64,000 nt of DNA, from contig CM059431.1 in the NCBI GenBank assembly GCA_030390025.1, positions 153,018,001-153,082,000 on the forward strand, written 5' to 3'. Within the stretch, counting starts at the first letter, position 1. Each line of letters opens with the position of its first letter. Under the pieces are notes generated by a model, which was given only the letters and a program-made list of their open reading frames with translations, did no database searches and was not told the DNA's origin. Shown here one piece after another: positions 59,220 to 64,000 of this stretch. The position numbers were made by a program, and so were the translations under genes. The DNA comes from Squalus acanthias. Its lineage: Eukaryota.

Positions 59220-61760
59220 TTTTTTTCGTTTATGGGATGTGGGCGTCGCTGGCAAGGCTAGCATTTATGGCCCATCATTAACTGCCCTTGAGAAGGTGAT
59301 GCTGAGCCGCCTTCTTAAACCACTGCAGTCCGTGTGGTGAAGGTACTCCCACAGTGCTGTTAGGGAAGAAGTTCCAGATTTTCACCCAGCGACGAGGAAG
59401 GATCAGCGATACACTTCTAATTCAGGATGGTGTGTGACTTGGAGGGGAACTTGGAGGTGGTGGTGTTCTCATACGCCTGCTGCCCTTGTCCTTCGAGGTG
59501 GAAGAGGTTGCGGGTTTGGGAGGTGCTGCCGAAGAAGCCTTGGCGAGTTGCTGCAGTGCATCTTGTAGATGGTACACACTGCAGCCACGGTACGCCGGTG
59601 GAGGAGGGAGTGAATGTTTAAGGTGGTGGATGGGGTGCCAATCAAGCGGGCTGCTTTGTCCTGGATGGTGTCGCGCTTCTTGAGTGTTGTTGGAGCTGCA
59701 CTCATCCAGGCAAGTGGAGAGTATTCCATCACAATGCTTACTTGTGCCTTGTAGATGGTGGAAAGGCTTTGGGGAGTCAGGAGGTGAGACACTCGCCGCA
59801 GAATACCTAGCCTCTGACCAGTTCTTGTTGCCACAGTATTTATGTGGCTGGTCCAGTTAAGTTTCTGGTCAATTGTGACCCCCAGGATGTTGATGGTGGG
59901 GGATTCAGCGATGGTAATGCCATTGCATGTCAAGGGGCGGTGGTTAGACTCTCGCTTGTTTGAGATAGTCATTGCCTGGCACTTCTGTGATGCAAATGTT
60001 ACCTGCCACTTATCAGCCCAAGCCTGAACGTTGTCCTGGTCTTGTTGCATGTGGGCATGGACTGCTTCATTATCTGAGGAGTTGTGAATGGCGCTGAACA
60101 CTGTGCAGTCATCAGCGAACATCCCCATTTCTGACCTTATGTTGGAGGGAAGGTCTTTGATGAAGCAGTTGAAGATGATTGTGCCTAGGACACTGCCCTG
60201 AGGAACTGCTGCAGCGATGCCCTGGGGCTGTGATGATTGACCTCCAACCATCACAACCATCTTCCTTTGTGCTAGGTATGACTCCAGCCACTGGAGCGTT
60301 TTCCCCCCAATCCCTATTGACTTCAGTTTTACTGGGGCTCCTTGATGCCAGACTCGGTCAAATGCTGCCTTGATGTCAAGGGCAGTCACACTCACATCAC
60401 CTTTGGAATTCTACTCTTGTGTCCATGTTTGGACCAAGGCTGTAATGAGATCTGGAGCCGAGTGGTCCTGGGCATCAGTGTGCAGGTTATTGGTGAGTAG
60501 GTGCTGCTTGATAGCACTGTCGACGACACCTTCCATCACTTTGCTGATGATTGAGAGTAGATTGCTGGGGCGGTAATTGGCCGGATTGGATTTGTCCTGC
60601 TTTTTGTGGACAGGACATATCTGGGCGGTTTTCCACATTGTCGGATAAATGCCGGTGTTGTAGCTGCACTGGAACAGCTTGGCTAGAGGTGCAGCTAGTT
60701 CTGGAGCACAAGTCTTCAGCATGACAGCCGGGATGTTGTCGGGGCCCACAGCCTTTACTGTATACGGTGCACTCAGCCGTTTCTTGATATCACGTGGAGT
60801 GGATCATCCACTCGGCATTTCTGGCTGAACATGGTTGCAAATGCTTCAGCTTTGTCTTTTGCACTCACGTGCTGGGCTCCACCATCATTGAGGGTGGGGA
60901 TATTCATGGAGCCTCCTCCTCCCGTTAGTTGTTTAATGATCCACCACCATTCACGACTGGACTACAGAGCTTTGATCTGATCCGTTGATTGTGGGATCGC
61001 TTAGCCTTGTCTATAGCATGCTGCTTCCACTTTTTAGCATGCATGAAGTCCTGTGTTGCAGCTTCCCCAGGTTGGCACCACATTTTTAGGTACGCCTGAT
61101 GCTGCTCCTGGCATGCTCTTCTACACTCCTTATTGAACCAGTGTTTGTCCCCTGGCTTGATGGTAATGGTAGAATGAGGGATATGCCGGGCCATGAGTTT
61201 ACAGGTTGTGGTGGAATATAATTCTGCTGCTGCTGATGGCCCACAGCATCTCGTGGATGCCCAGTTTTGAGCTGCTAGATCTGTTCTGAATCTATCCCAT
61301 TTAGCACGGTGGTAGTGCCACACAACATGATTGAGGGTGTCCTCAGTGTGAAGATGAGACTTCTTCTCCACAATGACTGTGCGGTGGTCACTGCTATCAA
61401 TGCTGTCATGGACAGATGCATCTGCAACAGGAAGACTGGTGAGGACGAGGTCAAGTAGGTTTTTCCCTCATGTTGGTTCTCTCACCACCTGTCGCAGGCC
61501 CAGCCTGGCAGCTATGTCCTTCAGGACTCTGCCAGTTCGGTCAGTAGTGGTGCTACCGAGCCACTCTTGGTGATGAACACCACCCAGAGTACATTCTGTG
61601 CCCTTGCTACCCTCAGTGCTTCTTCCAAGTGGTGTTCAACATGGAGGAGTACTGATTCATCAGCTGAGGGAGGGCGGTAGGTGGTAATCAGCAGGAGGTT
61701 TCCTTGCCCATGCTTGACCTGAAGCCAAGAGACTTCATGGGGTCTGGAGTCAATGTTTTC
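59220..61760 (-). mobile_element. Second CR1-group LINE family, EN and RT remnants, frameshifted
   Basis: LLITTYRPPS, GPDNIPA..LK, NPANYRP, ALDIKAAFDRVWH, PQGSVLG, MFADD. Confidence 0.92.
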
Positions 61761-62029
61761 CCTTGCTGTGTCCAAAATATGGTGTATAAAGGATTATGGT
61801 TTTCAATAGATTGCCAGAGTGGGCTTGAAAGATACAAAAACCGAATATCCACTCTCTGTATGCAGCTAAGACTGACCAGCTTTACTGTGTATCAATACAG
61901 TCTGTTCCGTATACTCCACTAGAAGTCTGATGCTTACTCGAAACGTGTTTTTTGAACCAGAGGAGAAAGGAGATTGCTTAGCACTCACTGGCTGCGCGGG
62001 TTCCCCGGATCACTGCGCGGCTTAAAGCA

Positions 62030-63595
62030 AACTTTGGTTGGTAGCAATGTCGCCTCTGAGTCAGAAGGTCATGGGTTCAAGTTCCACTCCAGAGATTTCA
62101 GCACAAAATATAACCTGACACTCCCAGTGTTAGTACTGAGGGAGCGCAGCACTGGCGGAGGGGCAGTACTGAGGGAGCGCTGCACTGGCAGAGGGGCAGT
62201 ACTGAGGGAGCGCTGCACAGGCGGAGGGGCAGTTTTGACAGAGCGCTGCACTGTCAGAGGGGCTGTGCTCAGGGAGTGCTGCACTGTCGGAGAGACAGTA
62301 CTGAGGGAGCGCTGCACTGGCGGAGGGGCAGTACTGACAGGGCGCTGCACTGTCGGAGGGGCAGTACTGAGGGAGCGCTGCACTGGCGGAGGGGCAGTAT
62401 TGATAGAGCGCTGCACTGTCGGAGGGGCAGTGCTCAGGGAGTGCTGCACTGTCGGAGAGACAGTACTGAGGGAGCGCTGCACTGGCGGAGGGGCAGTATT
62501 GACAGAGCGCTGCACTGTCAGAGGGGCAGTATTGACAGAGCGCTGCACTGTCAGAGGGGCAGTACTGAGGGAGCGCTGCACTGGCGGAGGGACAGTACTG
62601 AGGGAGTGCTGCACTGTCGGAGGGGCAGTGCACAGGGAATGCTGCACTATCGGAGAGACAGTACTGAGGGAGTGCTGTACTGTCGCAGGGGCAGTACTGA
62701 GGGAGCACTGCCCTTTTGCAAGGGCAGTACTGACAGCACACTGCACTGTCGGATGGGCAGTGCTGAGGGAGTGCTGCACTGTCGGGAGGGGCAGTACTTA
62801 GGGAGTACTACACTGTCGCAGGGGCAGTACTGAGGGAGCACTGCACTGTCGCAGGGGCAGTACTGACAGAGCGCTGCACTGTCGGGTGGGCAGTATTGAG
62901 GGAGCACTGCACTGTCGCAGGGGCAGTACTGAGGGAGCACTGCACTGTCGCAGGGGCAGTATGACAGAGCGCTGCACTGTCGGGGGGGGCAGTACTTAGG
63001 GAGCACTGCACTGTCGCCGGGGCAGTACTGAGGGTGCACTGCACTGTCGCAGGGGCAGTACTGACAGAGCGCTGCACTGTCAGAGGGGCAACGCTGAAGG
63101 AGTGCTACACTGTCAGAGGGGCATTACTGAGGGAGCGCTGCATTGTTGGAGGGGCAGTATTGAGGGAGCACTGCATTGTTGGAGGGGCAGTACTGACGGA
63201 GCGCTGCACTGTCAGAGGGGCAGTGCTTAGGAAGTGCTGCACTGACGGAGGGGCAGTACTGACAGAGCGCTGCACTGTCGGAGGGACAGTACTGAGGTCG
63301 CGCTGCACTGTTAGAGGGACAGTACTGGGGAGCGCTGCTCTGTTGGAGGTGCCGGCTTTTTGATGTAAAAAATCCCCGGAGTCCTGGCCAATAGTTTCCT
63401 CGCAACCTATAGCATTAAAACAGTTTATCGGGTCATATATATCATTGCTATCCGTGGGGTTTGCTGTTCGGAAATTAGCTGCCGCATTTCCTACATTACA
63501 ACATTGATTACACTTCAAAAGTATTAATTGGCTATAAAGTGGTTTGAGACATCCTGAGGTCGTGAAAGGCGCTATATAAATGCAAGTTTTTCTAT
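62030..63595 (+). mobile_element. Deu-type tRNA SINE containing an internally amplified array
   Basis: Head gcctctgagtcagaaggtcatgggttcaag (62052-62080) and tail gtgaaaggcgctatataaatgcaagtt (63562-63588) match the SINE at 51432-51875. Confidence 0.82.
62130..63350. repeat. 33-bp minisatellite (cagtactgagggagcgctgcactgtcggagggg)n
   Basis: 11-aa periodicity in the overlapping ORFs; the unit corresponds to SINE positions ~51535-51565. Confidence 0.95.
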
Positions 63596-63649
63596 TTTTA
63601 CAGTACGTAGCGGGTAAAAATGAACAATTCACTCCCATTGGATACCATG

Positions 63650-64000
63650 CTCTATCTCTGTACCTGTCTCTTTCTCTGCCTCTGTGTCTCTGTTTCTCTC
63701 AGCTGCTGTCCCTCTCTCCCTTTGTCCCTATCTCTCTCTCCCTCTCTCTCACTGATCCTGTCTTTCACTCTCGCTCTGTCCCTGTCTCTTACTCTCTCCT
63801 TTTTCTCTCTCTCAGTCTCTCTCTCTCTCTATCTCTTTCTCCCTCTTTCTGTCCCAGTCTCTCTCTTGCAACAGAGAAAGTATCCGGTAAATTGCTCCCT
63901 TTTCCCGGACACGCTCTCTGTTGTGATATTTTGCTATATCTGTCTCTGTCACACTGTTCCTGTTTCTTTGCATCTTTCAGTTCCAGTATATGTCTCTCCC
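63650..64000. repeat. CT-rich low-complexity tract
   Basis: Degenerate (ct)n/(ctgt)n. Confidence 0.8.

Noticed and set aside
61920..61950. Possible hammerhead (ctgatgc...gaaac)
   Set aside because: The core deviates from CUGANGA, there is no convincing stem II, and no Penelope context.
61974..63638. Long Cys/Arg-rich ORFs on both strands
   Set aside because: Artefacts of the 33-bp SINE-derived array.

Overview
Eukaryotic, repeat-rich vertebrate DNA. The CR1/L2/RTE LINEs, Deu-domain tRNA SINEs, Penelope-like elements, Harbinger elements and GPR139-like receptors point to a cartilaginous fish (shark-like); this taxonomic call is inference. About 90-47680 is one large, diverged inverted duplication centred on a 26-bp minisatellite that switches strand near 22.7-23.5 kb. 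Each arm carries an apparently intact two-exon, 325-aa GPR139-like class A GPCR, arranged head to head (about 39 aa differences by hand count). Each arm also contains an older internal inverted repeat, so the palindromes are nested. The single intron of each GPCR holds a hammerhead-ribozyme-bearing, fold-back Penelope-like insertion at the same 12-bp paralogous target, but in opposite gene-relative orientation, which suggests independent site-preferential insertions. To the right lie a defective Harbinger transposon (spliced Myb/SANT gene, transposase probably deleted) and a two-exon, probably GPI-anchored, R-S-EXE ecto-ADP-ribosyltransferase gene bracketed by a ~220-bp inverted repeat. Further LINE/SINE debris follows, including a SINE with an internally expanded 33-bp tandem array. 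Repeat boundaries are by-eye estimates; splice junctions and target-site duplications were read base by base.
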